Position numbers and translations under genes: made by a program
Source of the DNA: Protoeuglena noctilucae
Lineage: Eukaryota
Direction: 5' to 3'
Length of the DNA: 64,000 bases
Assembly: GCA_958009085.1 (NCBI GenBank)
Contig: OY253682.1
Span: 620,001-684,000 of the forward strand
The notes under the pieces: generated by a model
Told to the model about the DNA's origin: nothing
Seen by the model: only the letters and a program-made list of their open reading frames with translations
The model's database searches: none
In this document: positions 38,301 to 49,800 of the stretch, piece by piece
Position numbering within the stretch: position 1 is the stretch's first letter
Layout of the letters: every line of letters starts with the position of its first letter

Positions 38301-41300
38301 GAATCCTGCAGGTGCCGCACCTCCGGCACCTCCATGTTCATCCGCAGCCCCTGCTGCAGCAGCGTGTCCATCTGCAAGCAGGAAAAGCCCCAGTTTCCAT
38401 AATGTGCCTGGTGGTGATGATGCACCATCCACAGCTGACCCCCGCCCAGTCTCCCAGCCATCCATCAGCGTCCGCAACCATCACACCCCGACCGCCAGTC
38501 TCCCCACTCGCCTCGTCTCTCGTGACCCGCTCCTTCATCGCCGCAATGGACGCCGCCTTCTTGGGAGCGGCCTTGCGCACCGCCTCGCACCACTTGCGAG
38601 CCGCGGTCACCCGCTCGTGCAGCTGCGCCACGCCCTCCCCCAGGTCCACCGGCAGCTTCTGCACGTCCTTGTCCAGCGCCTCCATGTCCTTCAGATCCCT
38701 CACCGGGGACTCCACCGCCACCCGGATGCGCTCGCGCAGCGTGTCGTACTCGGCCACCGCGCGGGCCACCTGTCAAGGAGCGAAGGGCATTGACCGGGTC
38801 ATGGCAAGCTGGCAGTGCACCCGCGGTGGCAGGCTAGAGTGCATCCCACGACTCGCCTTGTTGTACTCGTAGAACCTCACGGGCAGCGCCCCCAGCCGCC
38901 CCACCAGCGCCTGCAGCTCCTCCAGAGTGTTCTTGCGATTTGCAGCCTCCCTCACGTCGTCCACCCAGGCCTTCAGGTCCAGCAGCCGCCTGTAGAGATC
39001 CCGGACCTCCTGCACCTCGTGCGAACCCCACATGAACGCCTCGGCCTCACTGCGAGCCACAGGGGGGGCATCAGGGCTGAGAGGGTGGCACCGCGGCAGG
39101 CATGACAGGCAGGGGGGGCGACAACGGCGCGGAATGAAGCATGCCAACGCCCCAAGTTGCACCGCTCCCCTTGCGCACACCCCGCCTTCCCCTCACCTGA
39201 GCAGCTGCCGCACGGCCCCCAGCTCGCTGACGCGGCCCTCCAGGAGGTCCTTGGCGCCCGTCACCCACTCCCGCGCCGCCTCGCGCCACGCCGCCATGGC
39301 CGGTCCCTCCTGGGGCCCCAGCTCCGCCGGCATCTCGCGCCCCTCCTCCGCGGCCGCCTCCGCCGCCAGGGCCAGGGCCAGCGCGCGCCCGGGCGACCAC
39401 GCGGGGATCAGCATGCCGCGCTGGTGCTGCGGGATCGCCGCCGCCTCCTCTAAATCCTCGTCGCCCAGGTCCGCCCCCGCCCCCACGGCTGCCAGTTGGT
39501 CCGCCAGGTCCTCGAGCTCAGCGACCGTGTACCGGTAGTGCAGGCGCCACCGCCGCGCCCCGCACGCGCACAGGGACGACGGCGACGCGGCCTCGGGGCA
39601 CACGGCGCGGGTGGCACCGACCCCCGCGCACGACTCGCACGTGACCAGTCCGAGGTGCCGGGGCTGCCCCGTGGCGGCGCAGGGGGGGCTCGCGGCCGCG
39701 CGGGGGTCGGGCGCGAAGGGGAAGGGGTCGAGGGGCCCGACGGCCTGCGACCTCCGCACCTCAGCCGCCCACCCCGCTACGTGCGACTCGGCCTCCCTCG
39801 CCGCCACGCGCCGCACCTCCCACGCGAGCCACAGCGCCCCCGCCGCGCTCACGGGCTCCCCCGCCACCGCCGCCCGCGCCGCCGCCAGCACCAGCTCCTC
39901 GTGGCAGAAGGAGGGCGGCATGGGGCTGGCCAGGAATCGGTCGACGGACGGTCCCCCGTACCGCAGCCAGTCCGGCGGGGCGAAGTCGACGCGCTCGACC
40001 ACGCTGTACCCCGCGAGCACCTCGGCGTGGTAGACCCCGGGGAAGATGACCACGACCTCGCCCTGCTCCTGCGGGAGATGACACACGGGGCGGGTCGTTG
40101 GAACGTGATGATTGCGATAGCTGCAGCGTTCCCCGTTCACGACTCGTCAGCGCATGATGTCGCCGAGCATATCCAAGGAAGCCAACATGGCCCACCGCTC
40201 GCATCACTTGCCTGGTACACCTCGGTCACCGCCACGCCCGCGTCTGCCAAGTCATCAGGAGGGACAAGGCGCGGGAGCTGCAGGGGCCGCGCGACTGTCT
40301 GGCCGGGCTTGGCGTCCGACCCGCCCTCCAGTGCCTTGCGGCCGTCCTCCTGCGGCGCGGGATGGGAGCATACCACAGTCAGGGCGAGACCCTTGCCGGC
40401 CTCGCTGCTGCCACGGTTGCCATTGCCACATGCACTCCAGCCACGCCCGCCAATCGCCACTACTTCCACTGCCATCGCCAGCCGCATCCCGACTAACACA
40501 AGAACTTGCCCCGGCCCCTCACCATCGCCTTGGCGGCCATCTCCTCCAGGGCCGCCGTCCCTTGCGGAGGCACGGTGTACACGGCACGCGGCTTGCCGTG
40601 GTGCAGCACGCTCATGCTGTACAGCAAGTGGGGCTCCAGGCGCCACCCGCACGTGCTCCCGCAGATGCCCACGTCTAGGCGCGACCGCCCCAGGTGGCCC
40701 AGCTGAGACTCCGGGACGTGGCGCAGCATGCTCTCGGAGGCCAGCGCGGCGCCGGGGGAGGCCCGCGTTTCTACCGCGTCGCCGTCCGCCCCGTCGCCGT
40801 CCGCGGACCCCGGGGCTTCGGCCTCTTTCCGCCACCGCGGCAGGTCCCCCATGCCCCAGGGCCACTCGGCGTTGGGGCCCCCGGCACCGTACACGGAGGA
40901 CGGCACGTCCGCCGCGTACATCACCGTCATGGGCTCGTCCGCTCCCTCCACGACGCTCCAGAAGCGGTCCACGATCTCCCTGAAGGGCGGGCGAGTGGGC
41001 AGGGAGCAGGTGAGGTGACGGCAGGCGTGGGGTGGGGGACTGATCAGCGAAGGGTCATGCGACGCATGCTCATTCCCGGGGAAAGTGGCCGATCCCGCGC
41101 TTTTCCGCCACCCATGCCCCCACGTGCGCGTCACGAGCCAACCATCGACGCCCGCTCCACCCCCCGTCCCCCGTCGCTCGCCTGGCGTGCTCCTCCGTGG
41201 GCGTCTCCGCCTCCACGGCGGGTCGCCTCGAGGAGAACCGCATGAGCGTGCGCTCGGCCTCGTTCGACCGCCTCTCCAGCTGGCGGTACGTGAGGTCCAG

Positions 41301-43388
41301 GTCCCCCAGGGTCGCGGGGCCGTGGCCCCCGCAGAGGGGGCACAGCCAGTCCCCGCTGGGCACGCCCCGCATCGGCGGCGACAGGCAGTACATGTGGTAG
41401 CCCCGGTCGCACCGGTCACAGAGGATGATGCGGTCCTCGTGCTCCCCGCTGCGGCACACCTCGCAGAGCAGCTCGTCGATGTTCTCGGGCGCGCGGACGT
41501 CCTCGGTGACCTCCTGGGGCGCCTCCGCGCGGCGCTGCGGGCGGGGAAGGGTGGCAGTTCAGAGAAAGTAGCCAGGACGTCCCTGACGAGGCTTGCTGAG
41601 CGGGTGTGCATGGCGACGTATGCTCAGGAACCCCGATCCCCGAACCTTTCCAGACAAAGCCCACCTCTTCGCCCATCGCGTGCCCTCACCTTCTTCCGAG
41701 GGGGCCCCTTGGGCGGAGGCGGCGTGGGCGCGTCCGGGTCCAGGCGCTGCACTGGCATGCGCTTGCGCTGTCGCTTCCCGCCCTCCTCTTCGCGCGCCTC
41801 TCCCTTGCCGTCCTCCCCTCCACCCTTGCCCTCCTCCTCCCCCTCCCCGCCCCGCCCCTCCCCGCTGCCACGCGCCGCTCTCTCCCGACCGCCCCTCCGA
41901 CCCTTCGCCGCCGGCTTGGCGTCCCCGTCCGCGTCCTCCCCACCCTTATCTTCTCCCTTATCGCCCTCCCCAGCCTCGCCCTCCCCCTCCCCCAGCCCCT
42001 CGCCCCCCGTCAGCTGCAGCAACAGCTCTGCGTCCTCCTCGTCCACCGCCTCCACTTTCTGCGACCAAAACAAAAACATGCAAGCTTGGATTTGCAAAAC
42101 CACGCTCCCGAACTCTCACCTACGCACATCCCATGCGAGCCAGCCTAAGATCCTCAACCGCCCCCGTCACCTCCGTCGACCCCGAGCCAGCGCCACGTTT
42201 CCTCTCCCTCTCCCTCTCCCTCTCCTCGCGCGCTCTCTCCGCCCGCTCCTGCTCCATCTCCTGCTCCTTCAGCCAACCCTCGGTGAGGGCCTCCAGGAAG
42301 TCGGCGCCCTCGTCCTTGCTCCCGCAGAACTGCTCGTACTTGAGCAGCTGTTTCTGGTACAGGACGCGCAGCTGGGACGCGAGATTGCCGCTTTTGTCGC
42401 CGCATTGCAACTGCGGGCGAGAGCGGGGCGGCGCGGGCCCGTTGGCACTCTGCAGGGGCTGGAGCTCGCGGGAGCGTCGCGAGCGCGCCCGCGACGGGGA
42501 CCCCGAGACCGGCAGAGTCACGGGGACATCAGACATAGCATTTGCGAGCCCGTCGCATCTGCCCGGCGCCCCGCTTCGGCCCCAGCGCCCGGCGACTCGC
42601 CCCCATGACCCGGGCCACGTCCCGCCAAATCTTGGCCCCGTTGACGGCTTCGTACCCCCCGCGCTTTTCTACGGCACGATATAGTTTCGCCAGATCGATC
42701 TCCTGCCCGGCCAGGACGGGGTTGCGCTTCCCCGACTTGGTGCTCCCCGCCAACTCGAGAAACCTGCGCGCGCGCCGTGGGAGAGGCCCGTCGGGTCGCG
42801 GTCGTGCCCGCCGTCGACATGTCACTCAAGGGCGCCCTAGGCAGCGCGTGGCGGTCGCCCCGGCCCTCCCGCGGCGCGGCCCGCGCGGTCGTTCCTCGCC
42901 CCCCTCACTGGCCCCTGCCCGGCCCTCCCGCGCCGCGCCCCGGCCCCGAAATCCCCGGAGGAGGCCAGCCGAGGCCTCGACAATCGACAAAGAAACACAT
43001 GCGGGGTGCGGAGGGCTGCGGGGCCCCCCGGTGGCGCCGCACGAGGGGTGGGGCATGGTCCCGCCCCAGCTGAGGGGGTCCTGGCGCCCCGCCGCGCTGC
43101 GCCTCGCCTGGCAAAGTCGGCTTGGAACTCCGCAGTGGCCGCTTTGACCTGTCCGCGCTCGCAGAGCTTGTCCACGGCCTGCGGCCGGGCCCGCAGCTTG
43201 ACCCCCTCGCGATCAAGGTGGAAGGGGAGAACGAACTGGGGGGGCGGGATGATCTTGCAGCACCCGAACGGCTCCGCCTCCCCGCGTATCTTGCAGATGT
43301 ACGCAATAGGATCAAGCCACTCCTCCTCCGTGGGCCGGAACACGGGCGCCTGGGACACCAGGGACCCGTCCTCCGTGAACTCCGCCAT
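32304..43388 (-). CDS. KDM5/JARID1-like protein: JmjN-ARID-PHD-JmjC(degenerate)-C5HC2(degenerate)-PLU-1-like-PHD-PHD
   Basis: JmjN APVFRPTEEEWLDPIAYICKIRGEAEPFGCCKIIPP; ARID IDLAKLYRAVEKRGGY; PHD CEVC...LCDRCDRGYHMYCL...WLCPLC; JmjC QEQGEVVVIFPGVYH and FAPPDWL; two C-terminal PHD fingers. Confidence 0.92.
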
Positions 43389-43928
43389 TCCGCCCGGGAT
43401 GCGCGGGATGGGGCAGCGGCCGGCCCTGGGGCGAGCGCAATTCAAGCGAGCTGACGTTGCATCGCAAAGCCCCTGTCGCGGGGTCCAGGCGTGACGCCAG
43501 TTGGGCAAGAGAGGGGCAGAAGTGGCGCCTCGGGTTCGGCGCAAGCGTCACAGTAGCCGAACGACGGTCCACTCTCACGCGTCTCATCGATGAATAGACA
43601 GCGTTCTGGGCAGTGCGGGCGCCGGATGCTCGCGTCTCCGCTTCTCGGGGCCGGAGTCAGGGCGGTGTCAGAGCAAGCTCGACGAGATTGACCGATGCCC
43701 CCGCTGCGTTTTCTTCAAATAAACGCACTTGTTGCCATAGCAGCTTCTCACGTCTCCATTTTGTGCTTTCATCACAAACCGTGAAAATCTTCCACCACCC
43801 AGAGATTTCCATCCCTCTCGAGCCTGCGGTGACAAGTGATCGACTAGTTCCTGCCTCACCAGGCCGCAGTGCGTGGGATGCCTGTGACCCGCCCTTACAC
43901 ACTCCCGCATGGTTCGCGTGTGCGGCCC

Positions 43929-44687
43929 TCACGTTTGAATGGCATACAGCGCGTCCGCCTCGCGTGCCAGCGTCGACCGGCGCCAGAGCCTCTCGGCACG
44001 TAAACCGCTGGGACGCCTCGTCACCACCCAGCAAAGGGCGACCTGGTCCCGCGCCCATCGCATATCGGCGGCAAAGCCTGCGTCGTTCGACGCCAGGACG
44101 ACGACCAGGCTGTCGCCCGTCGCACTGCAGCTCTGCACGCTGTCCACCAGCCGCGACCGGAGCTCGATGTCCGCCCTTTGCGACATGCTCGAGACCACCG
44201 TCAAGTCCCAGGGCGGTGGCAGGCCCCGTGGTGCCAGCCCGAGGGACTGACAGGTCGCCTCGTTGGCCACCGCATGCCAGCAAGACGTCGGCGTTGCCCC
44301 TTCCGGGCGCCGACTCTCCAGGGCCCTCTCCAGGCTCTGGTGGAAGCTATCGGCTTGCGCCCAGGCGCTGTGACGCGCCGGGGAGAGGTTGTCCACGTCC
44401 CACAGTATCAGCTCGACTCCTCCACCACCCTTAGCGCCACAAGAGCGCTCCCTTGCCTTGGCATGACGCCTGTGCGGGCGGTGGTGCGACGGGCGGTGCG
44501 CTGTGCTGTGTGGGATAACATGCACAGGATGACAAAGCGCATGCTCTGCGTTGTCGTCGGCATGTCACCTGTGAGTCCCACGAAGCAGCCGAAGCGGTCG
44601 CAGCAGTGAATCCGATTCGCCGCTTCGTGCAGAGGGGAAGCCACGGCAGGACGACCCGTTCCATACTCCCCACGCTCGCGCGGCCAT
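43929..44687 (-). CDS. NYN-domain (PIN-like) putative ribonuclease
   Basis: LILWDVDNLSP, SQRADIEL, VVVLASNDAGF and LAREAD match the NYN acidic motifs. The first exon is tentative. Confidence 0.75.
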
Positions 44688-45050
44688 GGCCTCAAGGGAG
44701 GCCGCGCGAGTGACGGCGCAGAGCTCGCTCCATGCCTCTGAATCGGTGGCAATCGTGGCGACAGAGACTGCGTGCCAGCGACAGGTGCCTGGCTCGGTCT
44801 TTTGCGCAGCCAAGTGCGTCGCTGGCCACCGTCCTTACATTCAGCGTCTCACTGTTTCGCGCTCCCGTCGTTCCTAAGCCAAACCGGTTGTTCCGGCAGG
44901 TCACCGAAGGCTTTCAGCTTCCACAGGAGCTTCAGTAAAGCGGTTTAGCTCGTCTGCGTACTGGTGTAGATACGACGAGGTATTGAGCGGGAGGAGGGAG
45001 GGGTGGCCGCCGCGCCCGTGCACCGCGGCCGCGGCAGCGGCTAGCGAGCC

Positions 45051-46741
45051 ATGGGCAAGGAGAAAAAGGAAAAGAGGGAGAAAGGGGAGAAGGGGGAGAG
45101 CAAGGGCTCTCGCGCAAAGCACGTAAGTTGCAATGGACTGGGCCTGATCGTACACGCGGCATTCAGGCGCCCAGACGCGCGCGCCGGGGGTGCACCAGCA
45201 CCGCGCTGGCCGGCGGCCCGCGTCGCGCCGTCCGTGAGCGATGCCCGAGGTATTTGCGCTCACTCCATGCTTTTACACCCGCAGATCTCAAAGGCCGACC
45301 TACCGGAGCATCTCGAAGTCCAGCGGACGCGCGTGCTGTGCGGGCCCGAGCAGAATGCTTACACCGGCACCGTGACGAGCGCTCACGCCTATGGTGAGAG
45401 AGCTTTTCCATCAGACAACTGAGAAGTGTTTATGGCGTGACGTGCGGGTCGCGGGGGCGCCTCCTGCGGCTGAGTTTGGGCGACCTCCTTCCTGCAGCGG
45501 GGCTGGGCGTGGACAACAGTTGGGACTTGAACGCGTTCAGGAGCAGTCTGCGCATCGAGGTGGGGGGCATCGCATACCTCCGCGCATGCCTGTCAGCGCC
45601 GGCGCCGCGCCGCGTCTTTTGGCTCACCTGCGGTCCAGCTCGCGCCCAGGTCACGCGGTTGACGGACGAGTCGGTGGAGTTCGACCTGGTGGGGGTGGAC
45701 CCAGCGATCGCCAACGCGCTGCGCCGCATCATGATATCCGAGATCCCCACCATGGCCATCGAGCACGTCTTTTTCGTCAATAACACGTCCATCATCCAGG
45801 ACGAGGTCCTCGCGCATCGGCTGGGCCTGATCCCGATCCTCGCGGACCCCTCCAAGTTCGCGACGAGGGGCAAGGAGGACTTGGCGAACGAGCGCAACAC
45901 AATCGTGCTGCGCCTGCGCCACCGGTGCCGCACGCTCGAGGGCGAGGACGCCCGGGTCTACTCCAGCGCGCTGGAGTGGTTGCCGGGGGGCTCCGAGGTG
46001 CGTCCGCAACTGCACCTGCAGTCGGGAGCAGCGGGAGGGGGATTAGCCCGGACATGCCAGGGATGCGTTGCGTGCCCTGCCCATCCTTGCCCTTCTTTGC
46101 TCTGTGCAGATGCCGGAGGAGACGTCCTGCGCCTTCACCGGCAGTCAGACGGAGGTGCACCCGGCGGCCATCCGCCCCGTCCACGAGCGCATTCTCCTGG
46201 CACGCCTGCGCCCGGGGCAGGAGATCGACCTGGAGGCCCACTGCACGAAGGGCGAGGGGCAGGAGCATGCCAAGTGGTCGCCCGTGGCCACCGCGTGGTA
46301 CAAGCTGCTCCCGGAGGTGGTGCTGAGGCGGGAGGTGATGGGGGACGACGCCGATGCGCTGGCGGCGGAGCTGCCGGGGCTGGTGGTGGTCCAGGGGAAG
46401 GGGGCGGGGCGCTGCGCGGAGGTGGGGGACGCCCGGAAACACGACAAGCTGCTCGAGAAGGCGAGTGAGCGCTGCGGTGTATGCCGTGTGATTCATTCAT
46501 GGAGGACTCCTGGGGCGGCAGACCCATGGGCAGACCCATGCATATTACGGTTCGTGCTTTGCCGCAGGTGCGCCGGCTGTCGGGGGAGCCGAGGTGGGCG
46601 GGGGTGCTGGAGCTGCGGAAGGTGAAGGACCATTTCCTCTTCACCGTCGAGACGACGGGGGTGCTGAAGGCCACTGACGTCTTTGCGCAAGCCATCGACG
46701 TGCTGGTGGCCAAGTGCGACAAGGCTCTCCAGGAGCTCTGA
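45051..46741 (+). CDS. RPC40: RNA polymerase I/III shared subunit AC40 (RPAC1/POLR1C)
   Basis: EFDLVGVDPAIANALRRIMISEIPTMAIEHVFFVNNTSIIQDEVLAHRLGLIPI, ILLARLRPGQEI, HAKWSPVATAWYKLLP and HFLFTVETTG. Confidence 0.96.
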
Positions 46742-46850
46742 GGGTAGACCCAGCGCGTGCTGCATCTCAGGATCGCTTTGAAAGTGGAAACAGAGACAGC
46801 CGAGCTCAGCCCGGGGTCCGGTTCTACTAGTTACTATCGCTAGCACGTCG

Positions 46851-49800
46851 CTAGCCCTTCATTGCCTCAATGGCGGCCACTGTGTCCGCGTGCCGCTTAG
46901 CTCCCACCGACATCTGGTGCGGGGCCGTCTTGGCGGCGGCGCGGGACGAGGGCTGCTTGCCGCGGCCGAACAGGGCGAACCGCCTGCGAGGCTCTGCTGC
47001 AGATGGGGCCGCTTGTGCAGATGCCGACCCCCCCTCGGGCGCTGCTGGAGACGCGTCTGCGTCAGATGTGGATGGCCGCCCCTCCGCCGCCGTGTCACTC
47101 CCCTCGCGCCCCGACGGTGTGGGTGTCGCGGTTGCCCTGCCCGCATCTGCATCGGCCGCCCCTGCGCCCGACGGCTCAGCGTCGTCGTGCCTTGCAGCCG
47201 GCGTGGATCGTCCAGCATCCATCCCCTCGCTCTGCGAGCGCGGCAGTCGGAGGGAAAGTCAGCAACTTCAAGGGCTCGGTTCCTCATCCCAGCTGAAAAC
47301 GTGCTTAGCACAAAACCATCTGCCCGCGCTACAGCGGGGCAGGGCGCACTCACCCCGCCGGTCGCGGATAGCAGCTTCCGCCTCGAGTGCTTCTGCATCT
47401 CCACGCCCATCAGCGTCTGCGGCAAGCGTGGGGTGCTACGGGTCGAGGGGCCGGGGCACAGCATCACAGAACCACCCCCCATCCTCATGGCGGCCGCCAC
47501 TCACCCTGCTGTTGGTCTTGCCCAGGCCTCGCACGGCCTCCGACACGTTCGCAGACTTGCCCGCGACCCCCTCCCCGTGCCCCTGGCCCTGGCCACGGCC
47601 GGCCTGGGGACCCTGGGCCGCCTGGTCGGCGTCAAAGCCCTCGAAGTCGAAGGACTTGTAGAGACCGAGGCCCACGGAGATGTTAGATGGCATTAGGCCG
47701 CTGCAGGAGGCCGGGACGTCCGGGTGAGCGTGCAACAACACGCACCAGGGGCGCGTGGGTCAGCAGTGCGCCAAAGGCCCAATGCAACGTCAACTTCCAC
47801 CAAGTGACGGTGGGCCACGATGTTTCTCAACATTCCTCGCAGCAGCGCTCGCCTGTACGGCACCGGCCGGAAGGTGTTCCGGTTGCCGATGCTCCTCTGC
47901 ACCTCGATGAGGCGGCTGGAGAAGCGCTCCATGACCTCCAGCTCCCTGGGGTCCTCCAAGAGGGGGTTCTTGAAGTCGATCAGCGTCTCGCACTTGGCCG
48001 TCAGGCCCTTGGAGAAGAGGTGCATGGCGGCCACTATCACGGCCTCCTCGCTGACGTCGGGCAGCGCCTGCCGGAGCATCTCCTCGGCCACCTGAGGCAG
48101 AGAACGATGGGAGAGGAGGGTCGCGATGTGCGAAAGGTGGGCGAGGAGCGCAGCGGCGCGCTCGCACGCAGGGACTGTCGTGGCGAGCGGTGCAGGTGTG
48201 GATCAGGCAGCCGGGTGCAATGCTTGCCTTGTCCCCCCGGGCGAGCGGGGGCGGCATGTGGAGCTTCAGAGGCCGGACAGCGGGGTGCCCGTGGTAGTTG
48301 AAGAGCTGGGAGGCGAGGTAGCTGTTGCGGGCCGAGGTGGTCCATATGATGCACATGAGCACGCGCGCCACGGACGACCGCAGCTCGAACCCCGTCGTGC
48401 GCACGTGAGGGGCCTCCCCCGCGTCGGGGTCCTTGGTGGGGATGCCCTCGTTCACGAGGTCCACGAACCAAGACTGGGGGGTGGAGGGGGGCGTTGGCTG
48501 TGCATGAGCTGGCGTGCACGAGGCATCCGCAGAGCGCAGCACGTATCGCGAAATCGTCGTGGTGTCTGAACGCTGAAGCACAGTCTCACTTGCAGCTCCG
48601 GGTCGTCCACGCACGACTCCTCCTCCGGGTAGTGGATGGCGAGGAAGTCCTGCACCAGCCCCGCCATGGCGTCCCATAAAAGCTTGGCATCCTCGCGGAA
48701 GGGGTACGGCGTGGGCGCGTCCTCCGCCTTCATGCCCTGCAGCAGCGACAAGGGTGAAGCGACGGGGCATGAGATAACGCCGAGCGAGCGATTGGTGCAG
48801 CGACAGGATTCGGGCTCAACGCTTGGCGTGCGTTGCGGAACTCACGGCAAGGATGGCGTCCGGCGCGGCGTCCTCGAGTGCCCACGTCTTGTAGAAGAAC
48901 TTCAGGAGGTCCTCGAAGGCCTCCAGGGAAATGGAGCAGAAGCGGTCCCAGAAGCCACTGCCGTCATCACTCGTGAACCACTCGCTGCGGGGGGAGGCGG
49001 GCAGGCAGGGTGGTGGCTGCCGAGAAGACAATGGTCAGCCGCATGAACAGCAAAGGGAAGGGTTTGAGAACGCCATGTGTCAAAGCGCAGGGCAGACGCA
49101 GATGCAGAGATAAAGGGCGGTTGATGGGCTTGTGACACCCAGGTGCATCTGAGATTGCGGAGCGGCGCGCTGCGCACCGCACGGCGGCGTTGGCGGCGAC
49201 GACGTCCTTGAGGAAGGGGTGGAGGAAGCGGTAGACGGGGTGGGCGTTGGGGAGGGAGCGGAACATAGTGATGGCGACGGGCTCCATGACCAAGAGGGTC
49301 TTGAGGTACCACTGGGGAGGAAGCCAGAACCAGCGTTTGGCCATGGCCCTCGACATGTGGGTGTGCTTGTTTCATGAGCGAAGACTTGCGCAACACACAG
49401 ATTCAAAGTCAGCATGAGCGCCGCTGGCCCCACAGCCGCTCACCTCGACCCCGAGGGTGTACATGGCGTCCGCGTTGCCCACAAAGGCCTTGGCCAGCAG
49501 CCACGTGAAGTTGTCGTCCAGGGGCGTGAAGATGCGGTGGCGCTCGTCGAACTGCAGCTCGAGGACGATGGCCACGGGGACCACGGCGACCTTCTCGTCG
49601 ATGCGCAGGGGGTTGTCCACGCGCTGGCTGGCGTTGTACACGTACAGCAGCGCCTGCAGGAAGCGGGCCGGCGGTGGGGCGCGTCGTAGGCGGTCGCGCC
49701 GCAGATTGACCCACGCAAGGCCGGGTGTCCCAGACAGAGACAGTGAGCGACGCCAGGCATGGAAGATCCGTACATGGCTTTCCGCACTCCCTCCACCTCG

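Noticed and set aside
32682..42608. Very long plus-strand ORFs (e.g. 32682-34214, 33211-34782, 39496-40983, 41085-42608)
   Set aside because: They are antisense shadows of the KDM5-like exons in GC-rich DNA with few stop codons, and their Arg/Pro/Ala-rich translations carry no motifs.
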